Source: Lama guanicoe
Lineage: Eukaryota
NCBI GenBank assembly: GCA_013239625.1
Contig: MU056000.1
Coordinates: 11,297,175 to 11,361,174 of the forward strand
Direction of reading: 5' to 3'
Length of the DNA: 64,000 nt
Shown here in pieces: positions 26,200 through 39,200 of the stretch (position 1 is the first letter of the stretch; each line of letters starts with the position of its first letter). Below the pieces are notes generated by a model. The model was not told where the DNA came from, made no database searches, and worked only from the letters and a program-made list of their open reading frames with translations. Made by a program: the position numbers and the translations under genes.

Positions 26200-27005
26200 G
26201 GCTGTCCTAAATGCTTTCAAGGAAATATCTTTGCTGTGGCATCTTTGCTGCATACATTTTTTGCCACGTAACTATTTGGCCATAAGGCAGTTTTGCCATA
26301 GAGGACAAACTAATGAGAAACACAAGAGGGACATTAAAAAGGACATAGTGAAGCAGGAGAAATATCAAAATTTAAAAGACTCTATTGTGAAATATAAAAT
26401 ATTTGAATACATGTGAAATGTGTGTAGGTTCGTGGCACAAGTAACTGATTTTGTTTTGTGGATTTTACCCAAGCATTTGTCTTCCACATATTTCACTCGT
26501 TGTATTTGATACTTTTTTGTTTTTGCTTGTTAATTTGTCTCCTCACTTAGCATCATACTTTTTATTGGTTTCCAAACACTAGGATGCATGTTTGTAACTG
26601 AGCTTTATGAAAGCGTCTGCACTGCTGTTTGTATACATAACCATTGGTAGATGTTGCAAAGTTCCTTGGGAGATGTGGGTTCAACTCTGCACCTTCGAGG
26701 CCCTTGGCCTCTTTCTTCTCCAACGTGGTGTGTTTCAAAGAAACCACTCTTGGGCAAATCATCATCATCTGTTGGCTCGGTAAAGCCATCATCAATAATG
26801 GTGCCAACTGGAAAAAGTGCTAATGCATTTTCAACCAGTTGAAACCAAACTGTCAAACCAAAAATTTTCAATCGGTTATTTTATTTTTCACAGCGAAATT
26901 GCCTTACAGCCAAGTAGTTATGTGGCAAAAGGTTTGCAGCAAAAATGCCTACGGCAAACCTGGTCATGGCAGAAGCAACTTATGGTGAAAATTCCAGGCA
27001 CAGTC
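26200..27005 (-). mobile_element. Non-autonomous long-TIR DNA transposon (MER99-like) carrying a Mutator-type transposase remnant
   Basis: Imperfect TIRs of about 70-100 bp built from tttgc(c/t) sub-repeats; internal minus-strand peptides LALFPV..FFETHHVG..RRCRVEPTSP..TNSSADAF..HPSVWK. Confidence 0.75.
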
Positions 27006-29659
27006 TTCAGCATGTCTGCACCTTCTCCATTGACCTATAATAGTCTTGATGTGTCTGTCTCCCTCACTGCTCACTAAGACACTTGAGAATTGGACTATGT
27101 CTCATTTTCAATCCTTTGCACAGGAGTCTTGTCTAACGGAGGCATTCTGTAAACGTTACAGTGCAAGTAACTCTGCAGAACTGGCTTGCTGACACTGCCT
27201 TTATCTTGTCTCCATCATCACAGGGTGAAGGGACAAAGATAAGGAACCTTCAGGAACCTACTCTTTAAAAGTCTACTTTCAAGTCTCCACTTTCATTCTT
27301 ACGTACACATCCATGATTATTTTGAAATAGAATCATTCCCATTTTAAAGTTGGCTCTCCATGTAATATATTTGTTCTTTCCAAATAGAAAAAGGGATTAG
27401 TATTTTTCTATCAGCTTACACTGTCTTGTACTTAAGTTTTGTGTTTTCTCCACCTTCATCAAACCAAGTGAATGGTAGGGAAGGAACTTGTAGTTTTCTA
27501 TTTGTTAGACACTAAATGAGGAAATTCACTGTGCTGTAAGCACCCACTACATCCTACCGTGACGTGACAGACAGGGCTATCTGAAAAGAGGACAGTTTTC
27601 CTCTCAGCAGCCTCGCTTTTCCCTCTCACACCAGTGATAAACAATTCCATTGTACAGATCCGTAGTTCTCATTCAAAAGAGTGTCTTGAATTGTTGTGAA
27701 ACAATTAAACACTTTTTGACTCTAAGGATAACATCACATAGCACATCGCAGAACCAAAACTAAGACTGGGCTCAGACTGGCTAATGTGGGATTTGCGTCT
27801 GCCTCCAGGAATCACAGCCCCTCCAGTTTGCGGAGGGCTTGGATCTGTGGAGCTTTTCTTCTAAGCCTCAGAATCACGGTGTATGTTTAGCACATCAGTT
27901 GTGAACGTATAGAGCTACTCTAAGGATAAGGAAAAACTGGGACACCAAAATCAGCAAGCATATATGTAAAGAAAAGTTTGCAGAAGGCTCCTTATAATTA
28001 AAAAAAAAGGAAGCAATTTCTTGGAGGCTCATTTTCGTTCCTTACTGCTTGCCATTGCTAATTCATTGTTATTTTCAACATTATTCTATTAGTTATATGT
28101 ATAATGATGAGACTCCAGCATTAGGCAGCACAAAAGGTAAATATCTGAAGACGAAAGCTGATGCCACTAAGGAAGCATACACACAGATTATATTTAAATA
28201 CACTGTATGATTGTTCATAAAGTGACTATGTTTTAATCTAAGAAAGTAATAATGCATGTACTTATGGCAAGAAACTTTGTCACATTCATGTGTGTTTCAC
28301 TACTTGCTGTCCTGTTTGCCTCAAGAGTGACTGTCCTCTTTTGACCTCTTCAACTTCATAATAATAATATCTAAAGACACACTAGGTCGCGTGGCTTTGG
28401 TTAACAAGTACGCGGTTTACCCCGTATCAGAACCAGAACTCTAGTGGTGGTTTTTGTTTTTCCACTGGTGTAGAGGGAATACCTGTTTTTAAACTATTGT
28501 TATCCTTTCTTTATCCTTTCTTCATGTGCTTTAATACCCTTCTATTCTAAGGGTAGTGTGAACTCTAAAAGTAAGTACACATCAGTTGCTTAAAGAGGAA
28601 CGTTGTCACAGATTTGCTCATTCTTAATCCCCAGAATAGCAATGTAGTGTAGAACTCCAGTGAAGAGCAAAGACCACCTACATTTAGAATTTTGAACAAT
28701 AGCAAACTGTGCTCTTCTGAGATTGTGCGCTCAGTCGTGACAGTACAGATACGTTGAGTTTCTCCATTCGCGCTGAGCCAGGCAAAGGTCCACGCCACAC
28801 TGCATCCCTGCGCGCTGTAGTTACAGCCGTGCACAAGACATCAACTGGGGGATGTTGGTATGGGCTAAATATAGAAATGTAAACGTACATCAAAGCCCAG
28901 AAACGTGGACATTTTGATTCATTCGACCCCTATCTCGGGGCAGGCACGGCTCAATTTATCAAAAGAGCAGAGTCAAGATGCATTGTTTAGGGAAATGCTC
29001 CCAGGTATTGATCCAAAATATTGGCATAATATCTAAGTCCGTTTGCCAAGATCATCAGTCATTTTAACTCCACGACCACGCAGGCAGCAGGGCATAGGGC
29101 TGAGGCGGCTGCATGGGGAGCTATGGCCACGCTGTCTGCTGTCTTGCCACATGGCCTCTGGCATGCCACTCACTCTGTCGCCAGCTGCCTCCTCACCAGG
29201 GAATGCGGGAAGACTGAACTTCCAGGGACTGCCCAGCACTCTGTGTTGGAATTCTCTAAGAAATGATACTGTCCTTATTTAGCTAATTATCACTATTTGA
29301 GCATGTATCTTTAACATATCCATCTGGAACCTTCAAAGTCGACCCAGTATAGGTATGATGAATGTTCATGTCATGGGCAAGAGAACGCTCCAAAGGAGAA
29401 ATTTGGCATCACCCAGACGCGATGCAGAAATCCCTCATTAATCCATACTGTACTCGTCTGTAGCTCGATCATCTATACTTTTTGTTCTGAAATGTACACG
29501 TATCTTCGATGTGAAAGAATGTTAAGCAAATCAACAATAGCAAATCAACTTTTGAATCCTCCATGTACCAAACGGTAATGTAACTTTTAAATTTGATGTG
29601 ACACATTCAAAAGATTTCAAAACAAGTGGCTCTACACCAAAATAGTAAAAATCTCTAGT

Positions 29660-29945
29660 TTTGAAAATATCCCGCATCCGGATTGGAGGAGGTTAAGGAG
29701 TCAGGACAAATAAATATACTGGGATCCTGGACTGGATCCTGGACAAGGAAAGAACATTAGTAGGGCAACTGACGAAGTTTGAATAAAGGCTCGCAGGTTA
29801 GTGAATAACACTGTCTCAATGTTGTTTTCCCGGTTTTGATCATCATGCTATGGTCGTATAACATGTTAACATTTGGAGAAGGGCAGCAAAGGGTGTATGA
29901 GACCCCGTGGTGCTATTTTTGCAACTATTTTGGTAAATCTCAGAA
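29660..29945 (+). mobile_element. L1MC/L1MD-like 3' UTR fragment
   Basis: gatcctggactggatcctgg...gtttgaataaagg...atgttaacatttggag...tatttttgcaact. Confidence 0.7.
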
Positions 29946-30169
29946 GGAAGAGTTAAGAATATTTCATGAATCAGATTTCTCACTGTCCTGTTCGTCTCCA
30001 AATAAACCAGTTCAGAGAATTTTTACTATAGTATCGATCTCTGGTTGTAACTTAATAATCCATATGGAATCACACACTGTTAAACCTGGATGGATTTATT
30101 CAGTTTTTTGGTGAAGGAAGGAAAAAAGCAGCAGTTAACAAGTAGTTAACTGAGTGTTAGTTTATTGCC

Positions 30170-30650
30170 AACTTAGTTGCTTCCCAGCATTCCCTCACCT
30201 ATTCTTTCTTGCCACCCAAACCCTGACTTTACTCAGGGCCACGTGTGCCCCACCTGGGTGACATATCAGCCTCGTCTCTGATCTCCCAATCTCCCTTGCA
30301 GCTGGGGTGGCCACGTGAGGCAGTTCTGGGCAATAAGATAAAATGAGAGGATGCAAGAAATAGTTCGAGGAAAACTTTGCTTTCCTTACAAAAGGAGCAA
30401 ACACACCTGATTCCTCCCTTTCCTCCCCACTTTTGCCTACCTTGAATACAGCTATGATGTATGGAATTCTGGCAGCCGATTTGTAACTGAAAGGCAGAGC
30501 CCAAGAAAACTACAGAGGTGTCAGTGCCAAGGTGATAAACCAACCAGCAGCTACCCACCTCTAGACTTTCTGATAAGAGAAAAAAATGAGCTCTTATCAA
30601 GTTAAGCCAATATTGTGGTTTTTGTTATTTGAAATTGAAAATGTGTAATT
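30170..30650 (+). mobile_element. Old MaLR LTR (MLT1J/K/L-like)
   Basis: cccttgcagctggggtggccacgtgaggcagttctgg...ggcagccgatttg...gttaagcca...tttgttattt. Confidence 0.65.
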
Positions 30651-30659
30651 TATCCAAAA

Positions 30660-30830
30660 GTTTTATGTGAATGATTTCTTTTCATCCATATAAACATCCC
30701 TTTGATATGGGTATTATTATCATCCTACCCGTTATACAGATTGGGAAACTGAAGCTTTTGGAGGTTATTGGAATCCAAGTGTGCCTGGCTCTAAGCCTCC
30801 TTCCTTTTCCACCACACCACACTGCCTCTA
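30660..30830 (-). mobile_element. MIR
   Basis: tattattatcatcctacccgttatacagattgggaaactgaagct. Confidence 0.65.
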
Positions 30831-32189
30831 CACAGTTATTTGTACACACTGTGTGATGGTGAAAATTCTAGATTATGCAACTTGCCCAGAGATACACAAG
30901 TAGTAGGGGTTATATCAAGACAAGACTTCAGATTTCCTTAAAGCCTGGCTTTCTATATAGCTCAGCAAAAGCAAGTAAGGCTTACAAAGGAATTTCCCCT
31001 TCTCTGATTCAGTTTTAACATCCCACACTCCTGTGGGACAGTAAGAACTAGCTGTCTTCCCTGTAATTTATAGTTAAGTCTTCTCTGCAACAAAAGCTGT
31101 GTTATTCGTCCAAAGTCACATCATGGGTCATCCGTAGACCTGAGAGGGATACCGGCTTCTTGGCACCTTGTCTGCTCTAATGCATGACATTTGCTTTCAC
31201 TTCTTAATCGCTGTGAGCTTTTCCCTAAGCAATACATCTTATTGATACTTTCACTCTTCACTGTGCTGATAAATGTAGCCTCTCCTGCCCTGAAATGGGG
31301 ATCAAATGACTCCAAAGCAGTGGAGGAACACAGTTCTCAACATTTTTCATTGGACTTTAGTTCATTTTCTTTTTAACCAGAAAATTAATGTCCAGCATAT
31401 CCTCTTGTGTATGTTACTTTATTGGGTACGTACTTACTGCATCTGTGCTATGCTGAAGATATGTACAGGAAATCTGAGAGGTGACCATCAATACCGTGGT
31501 GTTCATACTGAAGTTTGGGAGGAGGGCAAATATCAGACCTGCTATAAATGGGAGAAGCTCTGACTGGGAGTTAGGAGATCTGGATAACAAGCCAGCTCTG
31601 TTTCTAAGAGGCTGATTGCTATAGTGATGTTAAGTCAGTACTGAGGATGGGTCTAGGGTCTTATTGTTCAAAAATATTTGCTGTCCCTCCCAGCCAGGCC
31701 CTTCTTGGCTCCAAAACCACAGTTACTTTGTCTAATAGAAGATGGTCAAGGGATGAACTAATTAAAAAAAGAAATTCTCCATGAATGAACTAAAAGTCTC
31801 ATAAACTGATAAATTATGCATGAAAATTACAGGAGTAATATTAGCACACATATTCTGTACTTCTATTTTTCTAGCAGCTTCCACTTCCTCTTCTGTTCCA
31901 CTTAATGGTGCAAGATAGTTAAACCTGAAGGAGGTGTTATGTACACAGGTTTACAGGTGGTAGCATCCTTCATACTGCTGGAAGCTGAGCTGTAGAGTAT
32001 TTGGTGTGTCAATGAGAAAGGGGGCTGGTGGCTTGTAAGGCTTCTGAATCATTCTTCAACTTCAATGAAAATTATGTTCCCTTGGCAAGGGAACAAACAA
32101 AGCCCTGTCTTTCCAGAGCATGGAAGACAAAGAAACTAAAGACAGCTAGTTAAACAAAAAAGCTTTACATATTCTCATCACTGAAAGGC

Positions 32190-32395
32190 ATGATTGAAAA
32201 AGCATGGCTTTGGGTATTTTAAAACTCGATCCCCTGCCTCAGCCACTCAAACTATGTCAACTTGGACCAGTTACTCAGACCTCTAAGTCTATTAAAATGA
32301 GAATAATACCCTCTTCATGATGTGACTGCATGAATTTTTAAAATATTGGCATAGACTATAGCACAGGGCCTAGCCAGACTCAGTAAATGTTTGGG
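32190..32395 (+). mobile_element. MIR
   Basis: cttggaccagttactcagacctctaagtct..aaaatgagaataatacc. Confidence 0.6.
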
Positions 32396-33057
32396 ATTAG
32401 TGGAAGAAAGAGCAAGTTCCCACCAGTGTTCTGTTCACCACTCCCTTCCCACCCAAAATAGCCTTCATTATTCCTCTTCTTATTTCCACATTGGTTCTTT
32501 CCACCTCTAACTTGACATGTAGTCTTTTAGCACCTCTTCAATTCTCTGAAGACCTCGGTAGTGACTAGGAGCTATGAAAACTGTGTGATCCTCTTTTTCC
32601 AAGGTCTAAAATACCTAACATAAACAGAATAGAAAGGCCAGATTAATGAAGAATGTTTATATATTTGCGCTGCACTCACTTAGCCCCACCCAACCTTATT
32701 GAATTGGGCCCCAATTTAAATATTTTACTTTAAGCACATTTTTCCCCCAAACGTTGGAGAATTTTTAAATAATGAAAGAAATTGCCCGTGGTCTAGAGTG
32801 CAGTGTGCTGAGTTCCATCCTGATTGCCAGTGCTTATTATACAGCAGAGTGGGGGCAGAAAATGAAGCGTGTGGTTTATAAGATTCTCTAAACTCTATTC
32901 TACTTAGAAAAAGGGAGTGAGTAGTGGATGTCACAGTCATTTTAAGGAAATGGACAGAAGAAAGCAGAGATACAGAAGCCCTACCATTCATTCAAATATT
33001 CCCATGTTGCTTGATTCCCTTTCTTTCTCTTTGCACGTGGGTCCTTCTTGTGTATTT

Positions 33058-33484
33058 TGTATTAGGTTTTCATTGCTGCTATAGCAAATTGCTACAAACA
33101 TAACGGCTTTGAGAAATGCAAGTTTACTGTCTTCCAGATCTGGAGGTCAGAACTCTAACTCAAGATGCTGGCAGGGTTGCGTTCCTCCTGAGGCTTGGAG
33201 GGGAGACTCTGTTTCCTTGATTTTTTTTTTCAACTTCTAGATACCACCTGCATTCCTTGACTTATGGCCCCTTCCTTAATCTCTCTTCACGTCTCCTGCC
33301 ACTAACTCTGACCCCCTTGCTTCCCTCTTACAAGGACTGCTGTGGTTTTATTGAGCCCACCCAGATAATCCAGGATAGCGTCCTCATCTCAGTATCCGCA
33401 ATTTAATCTGCACGTTTCATTGACCATTTTCTAGGGATTAGGACACAGGGACTTCTCTATGGAGACCATTATTCATCACACCAC
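33058..33484 (-). mobile_element. MLT1C/D-like solo LTR
   Basis: tgtattaggttttcattgctgct...tctggaggtcagaa...gagcccacccagataatccaggata. Confidence 0.85.
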
Positions 33485-33862
33485 TTATTCTGACCTAGAA
33501 GTGGTTTTTCATTTCAGATTTTAGTGTTCCCCTGTGAGTTTCTCTTTCCCAGTTCATCTGGCTGTGGTCCGGGACTTAAGAATATGTTCTCACCTTTGTA
33601 AATTTGACCCCTGAGCTTGGCATGCCCCCACCATAATGCAAGTCCAGATTTCTGTGTTCTGATGTTTTGCCAGCTTTTTCTAGCAGGATGGCACTTTAAT
33701 GAAACTGTATTAACCTGGTCATGGTAGGAATTTTGACAGCCTAAAAATTAAAAACATAGAAATTTAACAGTAAGCCCTGAGCAAGTAACTTGAGCAAGAG
33801 TTTTTCCTTGCCTTCTCTGATCCTGGCTATTGAGTTTGGAGGTGGTGGCAGGTGACGCTGTG

Positions 33863-33883
33863 GTTGTTGTCCATGGTCCTGAA
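33863..33883 (-). promoter_or_regulatory. Candidate RE1/NRSE (REST site)
   Basis: Minus strand TTCAGGACCATGGACAACAAC. Confidence 0.35.
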
Positions 33884-35367
33884 CCACCCTCCAGCTAAGG
33901 CTCAGTTCTTTCTCTTGACCTCTGGGACATGAGGGACTCCTGTCCAGTTTCTCTATTTCTCCAAGAAATTCTGAATTGGTGAGGAAAGAAGTAGTTAAGG
34001 TTATGGAGGGAGCTTAGAGAGAGACTATAATATGGACAGATGCTGTTGGACATGCAGACCCCTTGACAGGTTGCCAAGTGGAAAATCAGAGAAGCATTTT
34101 CTGAGATAGTTTTCAACTACAGAAAAGATAACACAGTTAACCATTACATAAAAATCGAATAACTAAAGAGAAATAGGACAGTTGCGCATAGAACAATGTA
34201 AAGGGTGTACACGTCAACCTTTGGCCAAAAAAAAGATGGTAAAAATGTAGTAATTATTAGTTGAATTGCACAAGAATGTTTTTTAAAATATTTTGTTTGT
34301 AATTCAATGGAAAATACTTCCTTGTGTAATTTATAAAGTGTATTTCTTGTATCATGTACTTTGACAGATCCAGCATGTTTCTGAAATGTACACTGCATTT
34401 CTCCCACTCATTATCACACACCACGGTGGTGACTGTGCCATTCCATGAATTTCTCCCACTCCTCACCCCTACCCCATCAAACACAAGCTATATTTTTGAT
34501 CCTTTACCTTATCTGTGATATTCATTTATGCACTGGCTCCTCATCTTTCAAACCTCCATTCTTTAAGGATGGGATGGAATGGGAATCAGGAATAGATTTT
34601 GGGCGCTGATTGTCTGTGAGTCATGTTATTCTGTAGGGAACTCTATGGATTTCACATAAGCAGTGCTCACACATTTGTTTCAGCTAATTCAGAACTTCAG
34701 CAAGATGCAGACTGGAAATTGGGCCAGGCATGTCTGTTGCACACACTTTGTGATAATTAAGAACAACAATAGCAGTCTTAAATATGGTGATAAAGCCAAA
34801 GCAGCCCAATTGCAATTGTGTTATCAAAACATCCTTTTTGTTCTTCCACACTCCATTCATCATCGATGTTCACTTGGACATACCAGAGATTCTCAACAGG
34901 CAGGTACAACAATACTCTCATTATGTAACTTTCCACCTGAAATTGCTTGGTTTTTAACTTAGTAAAGCTTAAAACAGATTTCTGCTTTTATCATTTCTCA
35001 GGATTAAAAATAGACACCTACAACATATTTTGAGTTTCCTTAATGCAAAGTGTGAGCCACTGGTTTTTGTCCTTGTATTTAATGATATTAAGAAGAAGAA
35101 GAAGGAGAAGGAGAACAGGGGTGATAAATGAATAAATAAATCTAATTCCAGAGCCCTTTGTTACGTGAAACGTTACAGGAAGAAGCCAGGGTAGATACCT
35201 GTCAACACTTGGGTTAATAAGTTTTGAGTGTACTACTCAAAATTAGCATCATACAGAAAAGTGTAGTAGGTTTTATCCTAATTGCTGTTACCCCTCAAGT
35301 CACCTTTTGCTTAGGGCACACCCCATTTTATAGCTAGTTAATAAAGAAGACTATGGTTGAAAATTCT

Positions 35368-35388
35368 TGTTGCCATGGAAACAACCAA
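35368..35388. promoter_or_regulatory. RFX X-box with adjacent CCAAT
   Basis: GTTGCCATGGAAAC aa CCAAT. Confidence 0.45.
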
Positions 35389-36049
35389 TTAGAAGGGCAA
35401 GCTGAAGAAGAAGACAGCTGCCAAAACTCTCAGGAGAAAAAAAAGTGATCTGGGTTGGCAACCTACAAGAAACATCCCCTGTTAAAAGCTTTTGCCAGCT
35501 TCCCCTAGCGTTGGCCTGCAAGTTTATATCTGAACAAACATCTTGCACCCATTTGCTAAGTGCAGCATCTGTAATGCATTCTCAAAGGATAATTGTGTCT
35601 GGGACTCAACATACGTGATGGTGAGGCAGGAAAAAGTTCTCACATTTTTTAGTATAATTTCCCTCATATGTTTCTTATAACTTCATGGCACCAACATCAG
35701 CACAAGAGAAAGAAAAGAACTATAAGTGGGGTAGCTCTTTTCTAAGTTCAGGAGTGTATTCATAAGTTCTATTTTAACTACTCCTATTTTATACATAACA
35801 TTATACAGTGTTATGTATAATGCTGAAATTTATGAAGATGATCACTATAGGACTTAAGTAAAATACGTAAGCCACCAATTTGGAGGTTTGATGTTTAACC
35901 CTTGTGTGCCTATGGCACTCTATTTACACATGTATCTTAATTTCTGCTTCCTAATCTCCCTGTATATTATTGTGCTGTGTTCTCCAGAAGCTCAGTATGC
36001 AAATGTAACACATTTCCCAAAATAGAGGATTCAGTTGAAGATTATTCAC

Positions 36050-36260
36050 ATTAAAATATAGTTCACAGACATTATTTCCTTCATCCTATTAACAGCCTAG
36101 TGAGGGAGGAAGTTTTTGTTTCCATTTTGCATATAAAGAAACAAACATGAAAGTTCTCAGGGACTTGCTTAAAGTCACACTTAGCAGGGAGTAGTGGAAC
36201 TAGGGGCAAAAGCCAACCTTGTACCTCAAGACCTGGTACCATTTTCCCTTTACAGTGTGG
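36050..36260 (-). mobile_element. MIR
   Basis: ccattttgcatataaagaaac...gacttgcttaaagtcacac. Confidence 0.6.
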
Positions 36261-39200
36261 CTCCCCTGCTAATGTAAAATTAAATGCACCTGCGCATCAA
36301 CCTTGAGTATATAAAATAATGTAGTTCTTGAATCTTCCCTCCAAAAACTGTTTATATTTGAGATTCATCAATTAATCATATACAGATAAAATATTTCATA
36401 TAGTCTTCCTGTCTTTTTCTTATTTGTAGTTAAATAATTGGAAGGCAGAAGAGCCCGATTTACAATGATGGGAGTCACATTCAGTTAGCTTGAAATGGTC
36501 AGCAGTGCTGTGTTCAAAGCTTCTTTGTTAGGAGATTGTCAGACTTAACCACAATACACAGGGCACAGTTCTGAAGAGTGAAAAAGAAGTGGAGTAAGAA
36601 TTTAAATGCTTGGTACATAGAATGTTTGGCTCCAAGGAGACACATGAGGATTTCCCTTTTAAGGAAATGGGCTACATATAGTGTACAAACCTCTATTCTG
36701 GTTAAAACAAAAAAGTGAATTTCAAGGTTGAATAACTTTATTCTTATATCAGCATTGTGTTCAACTGTGTAAGAAGTACCATTATTACACTTATTCTTGA
36801 ACAACAGTAGCTACCTTCTCTAAGGCCATGTTGGAGAAATGTGGGTCACACAGCTCACTCCCCTACATGCACACAAGCAACTAACCAAACAAAATTAACT
36901 TGCATAAAAATATTCTGACTATAATTTTATCCAAGATTAGTCAAAATTGCAAATGCAGTCAACATATAACTTAAATATTTTCCCAGATTTTATACCTGAC
37001 TAATATGATGAAATCCTTGGTATAAAGTGAATTTATGAGTATCTAAGATGCTTAGCAAATTTAGTTATCCTTTCTTAACAATAAGGGGTTATTATATAAC
37101 TTTCACACCACTGTAATATATTTTAGGTCATTCAAAAGATATTTCTGGTTAAACTCCTGTTGCATTTTTACCCCTTCACATAACCACCCTTCTCTTCAAA
37201 CCTCCAACTCAGTTCCTGTATCAAGAGGTAACTCCATGTCTCACTTTACTGAGAAAATAGACTCCACCCTTTCTGTCTCAACTACCCTGCTTTGCAACAC
37301 CTCTCTGTCTTTTGGCCTTTCTTTTTCTTCAATTTTCAGTACTTCTCAGCCCTGGATGCACATTAAAATCCCCTGGAGGGCCTTTCTGTATACCCAGTCT
37401 AGACTGACTAGTTAAGAATCTGGGCTGAGAGCCACTGACCTAATCTCTTCTCCTGAGAAGCAACCTCTTCTTTGTTAAAACCAGGTCTTCATCGGTGGTG
37501 CCTTCTCAGGGGCACTGCTTCCTGAATCACCTCTCTTTCTCACTTTTATCATTCCTCTCTTCCAGTGGTTCATTTTTCTCATCCTACCGAGCATCTCAGT
37601 TCTTTACTTCCCTCCTACGAGTTGTAGTTAGTAGTGGACCCGAACCTCCATCTGCTTCCACAGAATGTATGCCCAGAGGCAGGCGTGCTGGTCAGCAATC
37701 TTAACACAGTTGAAATGGCTTCAGAAAGCCATACTTCCAAAGCTGGATTTTAGCCAGAAATACAAGTTGATCGTGCCTTAAGTTACAAACGAAGGGATGA
37801 ACTCACTGAGGATGATGTCTTAATAATCACAGAGCCCCTCTTCTCAAGCTCCAAAGCACGTTGCTGCCAACTCAGCATAGGTGGTAGCAGTTCCCTGCGA
37901 GAGGTTACTTTCAATGGACTTCCTGTGTTTCTCTGAGTGAGGAGGTAAAATCTTTACTTACTCAGAACTGTCAATGCAGTTGGCAGCGTACACACGGATG
38001 GTGGGACATGTTACTGCGTCTAGAGCAGAGGGGAAAAGCCAGGCCATCAAAAATGCAAAAGAGTGGTTTGGAAACAGTTATTCTCATCCGTCACGATGAG
38101 TGCCTTTGTAGAAACTGTGGTTTCTAATTGTTGGTTTTCTGCCATTCTGAGTTCTAAAGAATATTATTCATGGCCCATTTAAAACGTCCTTTGTATCACT
38201 TAGATAAAATTTTATGTGGATTAAAATGATTTTGAGTATTTTAATCATAATACACACAAAATTAATTTGCGTACATATTTTTTGAGCATTTTAAAGTCTT
38301 TTAGATACAGTCAGCAAATTAATAGCAATATAATAAACTTAAAAACAATAGCCATCTGCATGGCCTTTTCCAAAAGTGCTGAAGATTTCACTTATAGCTT
38401 TTGTCCAGGAATCATCATGAAAAAAATCTACTTATACTGTAGCAGAACTCAATAAGCATTTTCTTATTTCAAAAAGCAATTTTATTTTAAAGACAGAACC
38501 ACTTATTCTTGGAATATTTGCTGCTTCAGATTTCTGAAATTTCCATTTATTGGTCTTCTTTCCCTAAACCTAATCATCCCTGCCTCATTCCAGATGTCCT
38601 ACTTGTGTTCATCAAAAATATATTTGAAAACTAATTGCCACAGCATGTGAGTATTGAATGAAATGAATGATTTCTCTTTGGCCAGTCATCTTTTGGAACG
38701 TGAGGGGCAAGGGAGGTCTGCATCTGCCAAGGAGGTTGGGGGAGGGTAACTGGGGGACTCTCTGCTCCTGTGTCTGTATTTTTTTGTTGAAAATAAATCA
38801 AATTATGGCTGATTTCACTAAATAACTAGCAGAATTAATCATTAATATTCAGTGTATAATCACTCATCCAAAGTAAAAAAACTAAAGATTAGCTACGGTA
38901 ACCTGTTTGCATTTACTGAACTGAAAGAAGCCATATTTGTGTTACTGGAAGGAACCTTATATAGAATCCAGGGGTGGAGGGAAATATGTAAAGATAAATA
39001 TAAAATATGTTTCTATCTTAAATTTTTTTATTTTTATATTTCATTATATATATATTTTTTTAACATTACAAGTCATTTGAACTCTACTAATTCAAAATAT
39101 GCCATAATTTGAGTTGGAGTTACCCAAAGATTACTTGCTTTATTTTCTAGGAAACAAAAAGCATTGTTAACTACATTAATTCCTTAAACCAGTTTCAGGT

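Larger units (their letters stand above)
25480..27155 (+). mobile_element. L2, split by two DNA-transposon insertions
   Basis: CT-rich L2 body at 25480-25960; L2 3'-end-like sequence resumes at about 27040-27155. Confidence 0.5.
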
